Origin: Nitrososphaeraceae archaeon
GTDB lineage: Archaea; Thermoproteota; Nitrososphaeria; Nitrososphaerales; Nitrososphaeraceae
Length of the DNA stretch: 36,736 bases
Direction: 5' to 3'
Assembly: GCA_035250975.1 (NCBI GenBank)
Contig: DATFEP010000029.1
Location: forward strand, 1-36,736
Position 1 is the first letter of the stretch; each line of letters starts with the position of its first letter. The position numbers and the translations under genes were made by a program. Shown here piece after piece: positions 28,765 through 36,736 of the stretch. The notes below the pieces were generated by a model, which saw only the letters and a program-made list of their open reading frames with translations, did not search any database and was not told where the DNA came from.

Positions 28765-29877
28765 TCATCGGACATGAAGAATTTTGTCTAATGCTTTAAC
28801 TATATCAGTTTTAGTAACTATTCCGACCAGCTTATTGTTGGAATTAACAACCGGTAATCCACTAATTCCATTTCTTGCCATTATTTTTGCTGCGTCCGCG
28901 AGATCGGTTTTGTCTGATACAGTTATAGGCTCTTTTATCATAACATCTTTTGCTACCAACATCGAGGTGACCCTTGTCGGAAGATATCGCTGTTCAAGAT
29001 ATTTTGAAGATACTTTTTTAGAAAGTATTGAAGGTGATTTGTCACGTCGGAACATAAAACTGACTGGTAATAGGTCGCGAATAGTCACTATACCAAGCGG
29101 TTTATTATTTTCTACTACAATAAGCCTAGATATTTTATGGATATTCATTAATAAAAGTATTATGTGAATATTTTCGTATAGATCGACAGTGTGAACTTTT
29201 TTTGTCATCCAATCTTTTGAAATATATTTATTCATATAATGATATGCATACAACTCTACCAAATCGCTCTTGGTAATTATTCCCTTTTGGATTCCTTCGT
29301 CATCAAGGAGTACCAATGAGCTTATACTATTTTTTAACATTAAAGTCGTACAATTTTTTATTTCTGAATTTTGATTAATGGTAACTAGATTTTTTTTCAT
29401 TACCTCTTTTACCATAATTTCGTAAAGTTTTTTTTCGGTAAAAGAGTCATAAAGATACTTGGAAATGTCCTTTTCAGTAATAATACCAATTGGTCTCTGA
29501 TCTTTAGACACAACTATTCTGCTAATGTTATATCTGATCATAAAATTTCTTGCATCCAAGAGAGTATTATTTGGTTTTAACGAAATTATTTCTCTGCTAA
29601 CATCGTAAGCATCTAGTAAAAAATTGTCGTAATGGAGTGATTTTTTCTTCAAGTAAAGATTCCCCTTAGCTGTAGCGATATACTCCTCGCTTGGTCCAAA
29701 ATATTGTAATAATCCTCGATTTACCAATTCTGCAGTGTATCTTCTAACTTGTTGATGAGAAATATTTAATTCTTGTCGAATTTTTTTCTTTGTTAAAGGT
29801 TCGGTAGCTAATCCTAAGATTTTAATAAAAATTCTTTCTTGTCCACCTAAATTTATCGGTATCTTGATTATTTCATC
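28765..29877 (-). CDS. Winged-helix plus four CBS domain protein, putative adenylate-sensing regulator (start codon unresolved)
   Basis: The frame is open for 50 codons upstream of the called TTG 29727: DEIIKIPINLGGQERIFIKILGLATEPLTKKKIRQELNISHQQVRRYTAE-LVNRGLLQYFGPSEEYIATAKGNLYL. This is an archaeal wHTH pattern and is followed by four CBS repeats. Confidence 0.8.
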   Translation of the reverse strand, partial: DEIIKIPINLGGQERIFIKILGLATEPLTKKKIRQELNISHQQVRRYTAELVNRGLLQYFGPSEEYIATAKGNLYLKKKSLHYDNFLLDAYDVSREIISLKPNNTLLDARNFMIRYNISRIVVSKDQRPIGIITEKDISKYLYDSFTEKKLYEIMVKEVMKKNLVTINQNSEIKNCTTLMLKNSISSLVLLDDEGIQKGIITKSDLVELYAYHYMNKYISKDWMTKKVHTVDLYENIHIILLLMNIHKISRLIVVENNKPLGIVTIRDLLPVSFMFRRDKSPSILSKKVSSKYLEQRYLPTRVTSMLVAKDVMIKEPITVSDKTDLADAAKIMARNGISGLPVVNSNNKLVGIVTKTDIVKALDKILHVR

Positions 29878-29918
29878 TCACTGCATATTGTTAGAAAATT
29901 TATTATAAAAAGAATATG

Positions 29919-29940
29919 GTTCAATGATATTGCAGTGCAA
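29919..29940. promoter_or_regulatory. Tandem candidate operator boxes upstream of the wHTH-CBS gene
   Basis: GTTCAaTGATA (29919-29929) and the perfect TTGCAgTGCAA (29930-29940). The minus-strand TATA is TTTATAA at 29909-29903. Confidence 0.7.
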
Positions 29941-30019
29941 ATTTAAAAAACTCATTAAATATTCTTTACATCTTACCTGAGAAAAATTAAAGATCGGTAA
30001 AAAAATAATGGTAAAAAAT

Positions 30020-30538
30020 TTATTTTACATCTATTTTGACTGATTCTGTTTGCTCTGGCTTGGTGGGTACCTTTTTTGGAATAGAAATGTGTAAAACGCC
30101 ATTTTTCATTTCAGCTTCGATATTTTTAGGTATTATTTCTTCAGGAAGGGGAAGTTCTCTTTGAAATGATTTATACGATCTTTCGTTATAGAGATAATTC
30201 TTTCTTTTCTCTTCAGTTTTTTCAGTTTGCTCTCCAGATACTAGAATCGAATTTTTTGTCGCATTGATTTGGATTTTTTCCTTGGCGATACCCGGGGTTT
30301 CCAGTGTCAATTCATATTTATCTCCTTTGTCTATAAGATCACATAAAGGCATTCTCACTTCTAGTTCTTCATATTTAGGAAATCCAATTGTTGGAAATCT
30401 CCAATCCCAAAGTGAGGGAAATCGTGGTAAAAATGCACTCTCAATATCCCTTCTAAAATTTTCAAAGATATCATCCATTCGAGCAGGGTAACGATTATCT
30501 TTTATTTTCTTTTTCTCTATTGAATTTGGTTTATCCAT
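30020..30538 (-). CDS. Small heat-shock protein (Hsp20/alpha-crystallin)
   Basis: PLCDLIDKGDKYELTLETPGIAKEKI, ERSYKSFQRELPLPEEI and AEMKNGVLHISIPK, with a C-terminal IDV motif. Confidence 0.95.
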   Translation of the reverse strand: MDKPNSIEKKKIKDNRYPARMDDIFENFRRDIESAFLPRFPSLWDWRFPTIGFPKYEELEVRMPLCDLIDKGDKYELTLETPGIAKEKIQINATKNSILVSGEQTEKTEEKRKNYLYNERSYKSFQRELPLPEEIIPKNIEAEMKNGVLHISIPKKVPTKPEQTESVKIDVK

Positions 30539-30575
30539 ATTTGAAAGGAGTAGTCAATTTATTTAATTACTAAGC

Positions 30576-30598
30576 ATTCAGTGTATTGCAATGCAATA
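30576..30598. promoter_or_regulatory. Tandem candidate operator boxes upstream of hsp20
   Basis: ATTCAgTGTAT (30576-30586) and the perfect 15-bp palindrome TATTGCAaTGCAATA (30584-30598). The minus-strand TATA is TTAAATA at 30566-30560. Confidence 0.75.
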
Positions 30599-30860
30599 AA
30601 GTATCACCAGAATTATAACACCAACAAAGATAGATTTTTCGTTCAAATTAATAATACAATGCACTTTATTCATAAATACAATATTATTCTTAACCTTTAT
30701 ACCGTATGCATAAGCAAATGATTTTATTCAATTATATATTTGAGCGAGAACTTATTTGATGTTCTACTTTCTTGTACTTAAAACATGATCATCGGACTTC
30801 GTTCTATTTTACCTATAGATTACTTTTTTTATTATGTTTTTTATTTCCAGTCAACTACTT

Positions 30861-31931
30861 TTAAAATGATAATGTTTTCATAACAATATCCCAAGGAGTC
30901 ACTATTTTATTTCTGTTTTGCAAAATTAAATATGGATGTCTAGGATCCAACAAAAGTTCTGCAGCTTGTCTTACAGTAGTATCATCTTTTACCTCAGAGA
31001 TATTAGAGATAGTAAGATTTTGTTTAATTTTTTTTTGTCCAATGATATCGTAATCAATTTTTTTTCTAGTTTCTAGTGTCTCTATGGGGTCACGTTTATT
31101 TTTCACGACCATTCTTGTAGCAGGAGATAATAGAAATTCAAGGATATTCCTATCATTTATAATACCGACAACTTTCGATCGTTTGTCCATTACCCCTAAG
31201 TTACGAATATTTTTTCTAAACATAACAGATAGAACATTTTGTAGCACATCATCTTGCTTCACTGATATCAAGTCCGAAGCAACGTCTTTTGCTGGCAAAT
31301 TTTTTATTTTTTCAATATCGATATCAAGAATGCTATTACTAGCATCTTTGGTATTTTCATATTTTTTTATTCCGGTAAATAATTTTAAAAAATCTCTAAC
31401 AGTAATCGACGCCACTGCTTTGTGATATTTTGGATTATTATTGTAGACAGTTTCTACTATAGGAATAAAGGCAAATTTTGTTTTTTTAAAGACTTCTAAA
31501 ACATTCCTAATGGTTGAATCTAGCTCTATAATTAGATTTTCAGTTATTTTTTCCATTATCTCAGATGCTTTTCTAACATATAGAGATTCGGGATAGTAGG
31601 ATACAGGTAGGTATGAATTGGGATTGATAATACATTGAATAATTTGTTTACTACCTATCCTACCTAAAACACTTTGAATGGTAATTTGTTGTTCTCCTCT
31701 TTGTGCGATTCCGTTTTGTTCTACTTGTTTTTGCTTTTTAATTTGATTTTCTAAAACCACTATCAGTCCATCTATGTATATCTGCGGACCTATTGCAAGA
31801 AATGTAGCAAGTTGAACTAAATTTGAGTTTAGATAAGTAAACGAAATTGGACGTTTGGTTAGATGAGGAAATGTCTCAATAATGGAACCATCTAAACTAA
31901 AATGGGAGATAGTCATGTGACCAAATTTCAT
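30861..31931 (-). CDS. Multi-CBS domain protein
   Basis: KASEIMEK...FAFIPIV...ITVRDFL, IRNLGVMDKRSKVVGIINDRNIL and IVTPWDIV. It overlaps the upstream CBS gene, and the start may be the MTISH ATG at 31916. Confidence 0.85.
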   Translation of the reverse strand: MKFGHMTISHFSLDGSIIETFPHLTKRPISFTYLNSNLVQLATFLAIGPQIYIDGLIVVLENQIKKQKQVEQNGIAQRGEQQITIQSVLGRIGSKQIIQCIINPNSYLPVSYYPESLYVRKASEIMEKITENLIIELDSTIRNVLEVFKKTKFAFIPIVETVYNNNPKYHKAVASITVRDFLKLFTGIKKYENTKDASNSILDIDIEKIKNLPAKDVASDLISVKQDDVLQNVLSVMFRKNIRNLGVMDKRSKVVGIINDRNILEFLLSPATRMVVKNKRDPIETLETRKKIDYDIIGQKKIKQNLTISNISEVKDDTTVRQAAELLLDPRHPYLILQNRNKIVTPWDIVMKTLSF

Positions 31932-32442
31932 TTAGCTTGTTGATAAACGATTCATCGTAAAGAGGGATTTGATTCTCAATTAAAAGGGGCGATTGATTGA
32001 TTGTCTGAATGAGATATCTAACAATATCAGTAAAGGAAATTATTCCTATTATATGATCGTTTGAATCTAAGATCGGAAGTCTTTTAATATTTTTCAAATT
32101 CATATACTCTAACGCATCTTTTATAGAGTTAGTGGAGTTAATTGTTATTAACGGTTTACTCATTATTTCACCTGCTAGGCTGAATTTTAAAATGGAACCA
32201 GAACCTAAAAATCTGACAATATCCCTTTCAGTAATTATTCCGGCAGTATACAATAGATTATCTTCTTTTCTCTCAAAAGAAATATTTTCAGATTCATTCA
32301 ATAATTGCTCCTCTACAATTATTATACTTCCTATTTTCTTTTCATACATTTTTTGGCAGATATTTTGAATATTTTGATCATCAGATGCTATTTCAACATT
32401 TTTTGCCATAATTGCAGTGACAGAAGTTTGATCCATACTCAT
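31897..32442 (-). CDS. CBS-pair protein
   Basis: KIGSIIIV...GIITERDIV and MSKPLITI...IKRLPILDSNDHIIGIISFTDIV. Confidence 0.92.
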   Translation of the reverse strand: MSMDQTSVTAIMAKNVEIASDDQNIQNICQKMYEKKIGSIIIVEEQLLNESENISFERKEDNLLYTAGIITERDIVRFLGSGSILKFSLAGEIMSKPLITINSTNSIKDALEYMNLKNIKRLPILDSNDHIIGIISFTDIVRYLIQTINQSPLLIENQIPLYDESFINKLNEIWSHDYLPF

Positions 32443-32482
32443 AATAAGACTATCAATAATTCAATATATAAGGTTAGTATGG

Positions 32483-32503
32483 TTTCATTGCATTTAACTG
32501 CAA
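32483..32503. promoter_or_regulatory. Tandem candidate operator boxes upstream of the CBS-CBS unit
   Basis: TTTCAtTGCAT (32483-32493) and TTTAAcTGCAA (32493-32503). The minus-strand TATA is TTATATA at 32471-32465. Confidence 0.65.
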
Positions 32504-32728
32504 TATATTAAATTAGTTATTCCATATTTCTTGTGTTAAGGTTAACAGTAGCATCCTATGAAAAAGAATTTTGGAGAAAAAGAATTTTGGAGTTTAAATG
32601 TTATGTTTTGCTGCTATCTAATAATTTGAAACCAGTTTCATCCATTAACCACATATTGAGAAAAAGGTATACAACAAATCTGTTAAGTACACTATCTTTT
32701 TAAATTGCCAATTAATATCTTGTCATAT

Positions 32729-33334
32729 ATGTCAGATTCTTACCCTTCCCATTATTTACAAAAATCAAAGAAAAAAAAATCCAGATGCATAACCTTTAGG
32801 CTGGAGGCAGGAATAGTTGAAGAATTAACAAAGGAATCTGAACAAAAAGAAATCTCATTAAATGTTTTGGTTAATCAAATCTTGAGAAGATATTCTGAAT
32901 GGGATAGATATGAAAATAAACTAGGGATAATTCCTGTACCAAGAGCAATAATGACAGCATTAATAGAAAAGAGCTTACAAATAGGTAAAGAAGCTGGAAT
33001 AAAAGACCTAGAGACGCACAGAAATCTACTAATTAAAGAGGCTGCAACAGTTGCTTTTGAATCGCTAAGAGAATCAGTATTATTTATGAAAAATCAATTT
33101 AATTTATTTAGTGTTTTATCTATTTTGGAAGAATACATGAAAGTATGTGGAATAAATTCAGAACATAAATTTGATTCAGGAAGACGTCATATCTTTACAC
33201 TTCAACATGATATGGGTGAAAATTGGTCATTGTTTTCAAAAGAACTACTTGAGAAGATTTTTTTTGAATTAGCCCAGTGTAAAGTTAAAATTACTTATAC
33301 TCATAGTACTTTAATAGCAGAGGTTTCATTGTAA
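32729..33334 (+). CDS. Thaumarchaeal RHH-domain protein with C-terminal alpha/beta domain, putative regulator
   Basis: ITFRLEAGIVEELTKESEQKEISLNVLVNQILRRYSEWD is an RHH pattern, and QHDMGENWSLF is a motif I recall from this family. ATG 32729 fits the TATA TTTTAAA at about 32698-32704. Confidence 0.8.
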   Translation: MSDSYPSHYLQKSKKKKSRCITFRLEAGIVEELTKESEQKEISLNVLVNQILRRYSEWDRYENKLGIIPVPRAIMTALIEKSLQIGKEAGIKDLETHRNLLIKEAATVAFESLRESVLFMKNQFNLFSVLSILEEYMKVCGINSEHKFDSGRRHIFTLQHDMGENWSLFSKELLEKIFFELAQCKVKITYTHSTLIAEVSL

Positions 33335-33349
33335 ATTATAAAAAAAATC

Positions 33350-33360
33350 TTGCATTGCAA
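33350..33360. promoter_or_regulatory. Perfect candidate operator box
   Basis: TTGCAtTGCAA centred 18 bp upstream of TTAAATA (33370-33376), before the SnoaL-like gene. Confidence 0.7.
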
Positions 33361-33405
33361 TCCTATTAGTTAAATAGTTTTGATACGAGATTATCTCATT
33401 TCAAG

Positions 33406-33771
33406 ATGAGACAAGACCATATCGATATTGTTAAAAATTTTTTTTCATTAATAGAACAAAGAGATATTGATGGTATAGTCGATTTGTTTGATGAACATTG
33501 CATAGTTTATGAACCATTCAGTAAAGAAAATGGTTTACAAAAAAATAATTTGAAACCATTTTTCGAAGTTCTTGTTAATACTAACAACGATATAACAAGA
33601 AAAGTTAGTTTTCTGGACAAGCATAATAAACTTAATGAGATTGAAACTTTGGTTACTTTTAACAAAGACGGAATGTTACGTGCAAAATTTATTTTCAATA
33701 TAAAACATTATTCAGATGATTTTGGAATAGAATTGAATAAAATCGATACTTTACATATAGACTTCATTTGA
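33406..33771 (+). CDS. NTF2/SnoaL-like protein
   Basis: IVKNFFSLIEQRDIDGIVDLFDEHCIVYEP N-terminal pattern. Confidence 0.8.
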   Translation: MRQDHIDIVKNFFSLIEQRDIDGIVDLFDEHCIVYEPFSKENGLQKNNLKPFFEVLVNTNNDITRKVSFLDKHNKLNEIETLVTFNKDGMLRAKFIFNIKHYSDDFGIELNKIDTLHIDFI

Positions 33772-33855
33772 TGTATACAAGTACTAAACTAAAATGCACT
33801 ATTATGAAATAATTAAATCAGAACGAAAAAAATAAGATAACAAATGAAAAAAAAT

Positions 33856-36015
33856 CTAGGTTTCTTTCATTTGATAAATATATTTTTCTAAATCTTCTTT
33901 TTTGTTAATTGGAAGGGAACAGGTAAAATCTTTACATATGTATACAGATTCCTTGAATTTGTTTATATCATCTATTTTAATTTCTTTTCCCTTGACTATT
34001 CCAAAATCAAGTAATTTACGATAACTTTTGGAATTTGAATTCACCACAAGCAAGATTTTATTTGGAATATATTGTTTTGATATCCACGAGGTTAAGGGGG
34101 TCTTACCTGAAGTATCAGTTGATTCCATTTTATCATTTCTAAGTACTATGATTTCTACTGGTTTTTTAATATAGAAATATGTCGAAATCAATAATTGTCC
34201 GAAACCGAAAGGATTTTGGATGGATGCAAGATAACATGATTTGATAATATCGGTTGCCTTTTCATAATAATCATTATTTTGAGTAATAAAATGTAGTCTC
34301 AAAAGAGCATATGCTGCCATCGAATTTCCGCTAGGAACGGCTAGATCATAAAAGTTCTTTGTCCGTATTATCAACTGTTCATGATCATCAGAGGTAAAGA
34401 AGAAATTCTTATCCTTCCAATCCCAGAAATGAGAGATCATAGAATTTGTATAACCTATTGCTTTTTCAAGGTAAATAGGATCTGAATCACATTCAAAGTA
34501 GTCAATTAAAGCGTTAATGTAATAAGCATAATCATCTATATATCCATTCAATTTCGATTGGCCGTCTTTGAAACTATGTTGTAGTCTATAATCACCGAAT
34601 GCCACCTTCTTTTCAATGAATGAGATTGTCTTTCTTGCGGTATCCAGACAGTCTAAATTATCTGTCACCTTATAGGCAGATACAAAAGAAGATATCATTA
34701 AAGAATTCCATGATACCAATATTTTCTCATCTTTTCCAGGAGGTACTCTATTTTCTCTATATTTAAATAACATACTTAAGGAGTCACCTAGAAGACTCTC
34801 AATTTCACTCAAAGATAATTGATATTTTTTTGATAATGAACTCATTGACTTTGTAACATTTAGAATATTTTTTCCTTCAAAGTTTCCCCCTTGTGATACT
34901 CCAAAGTAGTCACAAAAGATTTCAATTATTTTTTGATCTTTCAAAATCTCTTGAATTTCATTTTTTTTCCAGATGTAGAATTTTCCTTCCTCTCCTTCAG
35001 AATCTGCATCTTGAGAAGAGAAAAATCCACATAGATCATCGCCTTCTTTATATGTCATCTCTCTTAAGACATATCTGCAAGTTTTATCTATCAACTGTTT
35101 ATACTCATCTTTCTTTGTTATTTGATAAAGTTCTGAAAATAATTGTACAAGTAATGCATTATCATATAACATTTTTTCAAAATGAGGTACTAACCATCGT
35201 TGATCAGTAGAATATCTAGAAAAACCCCCTCCAACATGATCGTGAAGACCTCCCAGTGAAATCTTGTTAGCTGTGAATTCTACAAAATTGAGAAATTGAC
35301 TATTTTTAGAATAATCATAATATCTAAGAAGGAATAATAGGTTGGAAGTATTAGGAAATTTAGGAGCCTGACCAAAGCCGCCATGAACCGGATCGGCTAA
35401 TTGAAGTAGGTTTATTGCAGATTCGTCCAGAACAGATTTTTCTATTTCCATATACCTTTCTTTTGTGAGATTCCCCGATGTAGATAAAAGTGAATCCATG
35501 AACTCCTTTGTCGCCCTATCGATATCTTCTTTTTTTTTCCTGTAAGACTGTGATAAAGTTTCTAAAATTGTAGCAAATCCAGGGATGCCATATCTAGAAT
35601 GTTTTGGAAAATATGTGCCAACATAAAATGGTTTTTGACTAGGAGTAAGGAATACGGATAGAGGCCAACCACCATTGCCTGTTGCGAGTTGGCAAACCTT
35701 TTGATATATTTCATCGATGTCTGGACGTTCTTCTCTGTCAACTTTAATATTAATAAAATTAGCATTTAAAATTTTTGCAATTTCTTCATCTTCAAAGGAT
35801 TCATGTGCCATAACATGACACCAATGACAGGCACTATAGCCAACACTAAGAAAAATTGGTTTATCTTCATCTTTTGACTTTTGTAAGGCGCTTTCATTCC
35901 ATGGATACCACTCTACAGGATTATATGCATGTTGTAAAAGATATGGACTAGATTCAGAGATTAGTTTATTCGGCTTAAGATTATCATGTTTTTTGTAAAT
36001 TGAATGATTTTCCAA
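33856..36015 (-). CDS. Thioredoxin-domain protein, YyaL/SSP411 (SPATA20) family
   Basis: [57 protein letters not shown] and [12 protein letters not shown]. Confidence 0.95.
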   Translation of the reverse strand: MENHSIYKKHDNLKPNKLISESSPYLLQHAYNPVEWYPWNESALQKSKDEDKPIFLSVGYSACHWCHVMAHESFEDEEIAKILNANFINIKVDREERPDIDEIYQKVCQLATGNGGWPLSVFLTPSQKPFYVGTYFPKHSRYGIPGFATILETLSQSYRKKKEDIDRATKEFMDSLLSTSGNLTKERYMEIEKSVLDESAINLLQLADPVHGGFGQAPKFPNTSNLLFLLRYYDYSKNSQFLNFVEFTANKISLGGLHDHVGGGFSRYSTDQRWLVPHFEKMLYDNALLVQLFSELYQITKKDEYKQLIDKTCRYVLREMTYKEGDDLCGFFSSQDADSEGEEGKFYIWKKNEIQEILKDQKIIEIFCDYFGVSQGGNFEGKNILNVTKSMSSLSKKYQLSLSEIESLLGDSLSMLFKYRENRVPPGKDEKILVSWNSLMISSFVSAYKVTDNLDCLDTARKTISFIEKKVAFGDYRLQHSFKDGQSKLNGYIDDYAYYINALIDYFECDSDPIYLEKAIGYTNSMISHFWDWKDKNFFFTSDDHEQLIIRTKNFYDLAVPSGNSMAAYALLRLHFITQNNDYYEKATDIIKSCYLASIQNPFGFGQLLISTYFYIKKPVEIIVLRNDKMESTDTSGKTPLTSWISKQYIPNKILLVVNSNSKSYRKLLDFGIVKGKEIKIDDINKFKESVYICKDFTCSLPINKKEDLEKYIYQMKET

Positions 36016-36133
36016 TAAAAATTTTATATGTAATTCATACTTTTAATTGTATTTACAAGAAAAATTATCAAATTGTTATAATCAACGAAAGATTTAAACT
36101 ATCACAATAAGGACACTGAGTCTATTTTACAAA

Positions 36134-36412
36134 TCAAGTAGAATTTCCTAACAAAGTAGTGTTCTTTTTGGCAATTTCGCGTAGTGATGGGGGTATTTCG
36201 CTTTCTGCGCCTTCTACTAGTTCTGCTGGGGGCATACCGTATTTTTCTCTTAAAGTTTCTTGTTGAGCTTTTAATACATTATCTGAAAATTGTGGTCCAA
36301 TATATCCAAATGTTGTCCACAGGATATAGACAACCAATAATGATATCCCCATTACTGCTAAAGGTATTCCATAATCTTTTAATTTATTATGTTTTTCTTC
36401 TGAATTTGGCAA
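36134..36412 (-). CDS. Small single-pass membrane hypothetical protein
   Basis: One hydrophobic segment YGIPLAVMGISLLVVYILW. Start placed at TTG 36412 because the longer N-terminus is low-complexity AT sequence. Confidence 0.7.
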   Translation of the reverse strand: MPNSEEKHNKLKDYGIPLAVMGISLLVVYILWTTFGYIGPQFSDNVLKAQQETLREKYGMPPAELVEGAESEIPPSLREIAKKNTTLLGNST

Positions 36413-36582
36413 TTTTTTTCCGTTAGAAGTCACTTTGAATGAAAATAAAAATAGAAAAAAGGACATATTAACATTATGTAAAAAACTTTAATGTCGAAAG
36501 TAATTCTCTGTTGGTTTTGTTGATCTTCGTGGAATTGAATCTAGAATAGTAGGAAGAAAGTATGGTAATTTAAATTCGATCT

Positions 36583-36736
<154 letters not shown>

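Noticed and set aside
29878-29880. In-frame TGA as selenocysteine
   Set aside because: It is codon 3 of a non-catalytic tail, with no redox motif and no SECIS or sel genes seen.
13803-36426. Numerous antisense or nested ORFs inside the ATPase, carboxylase, CBS, Hsp20 and YyaL genes
   Set aside because: These are shadow frames of well-supported genes with no independent motifs.

Overview
AT-rich archaeal DNA. Gene content and protein style point to an ammonia-oxidising Nitrososphaeraceae member, possibly Ca. Nitrosocosmicus-like (inference, no search run). The left third (1 to about 11.2 kb) is a sparse accessory region: a Met-rich secreted protein cut by the window edge, an integrase remnant, a small RHH gene, an APC permease, a large acidic Cys-repeat secreted protein, an arcadin-1-like gene, an SDR and decayed secreted-protein genes. 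From about 11.3 to 33.8 kb there is a stress/dormancy-like island: Usp, MgtC, a P2A-type ATPase, four CBS proteins (one fused to a winged helix that the ORF track truncates), a PRTase, a three-subunit biotin-dependent acyl-CoA carboxylase that looks unlike the usual thaumarchaeal one, GT4, GH130, PncA-PncB, Hsp20, an RHH-domain protein and a SnoaL-like protein. The strongest unannotated signal is a palindromic box, TTGCAnTGCAA (relaxed WTDCAnTGHAW). It recurs about 18-21 and 28-31 bp upstream of the TATA boxes of several island genes, often as a tandem pair 10-11 bp apart, suggesting an undescribed archaeal regulon whose gene families parallel the mycobacterial DosR regulon. The right end has YyaL/SPATA20, a small membrane protein and a partial 4Fe-4S ferredoxin. 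No rRNA, tRNA or CRISPR array was seen. All family calls come from motif recognition by eye.
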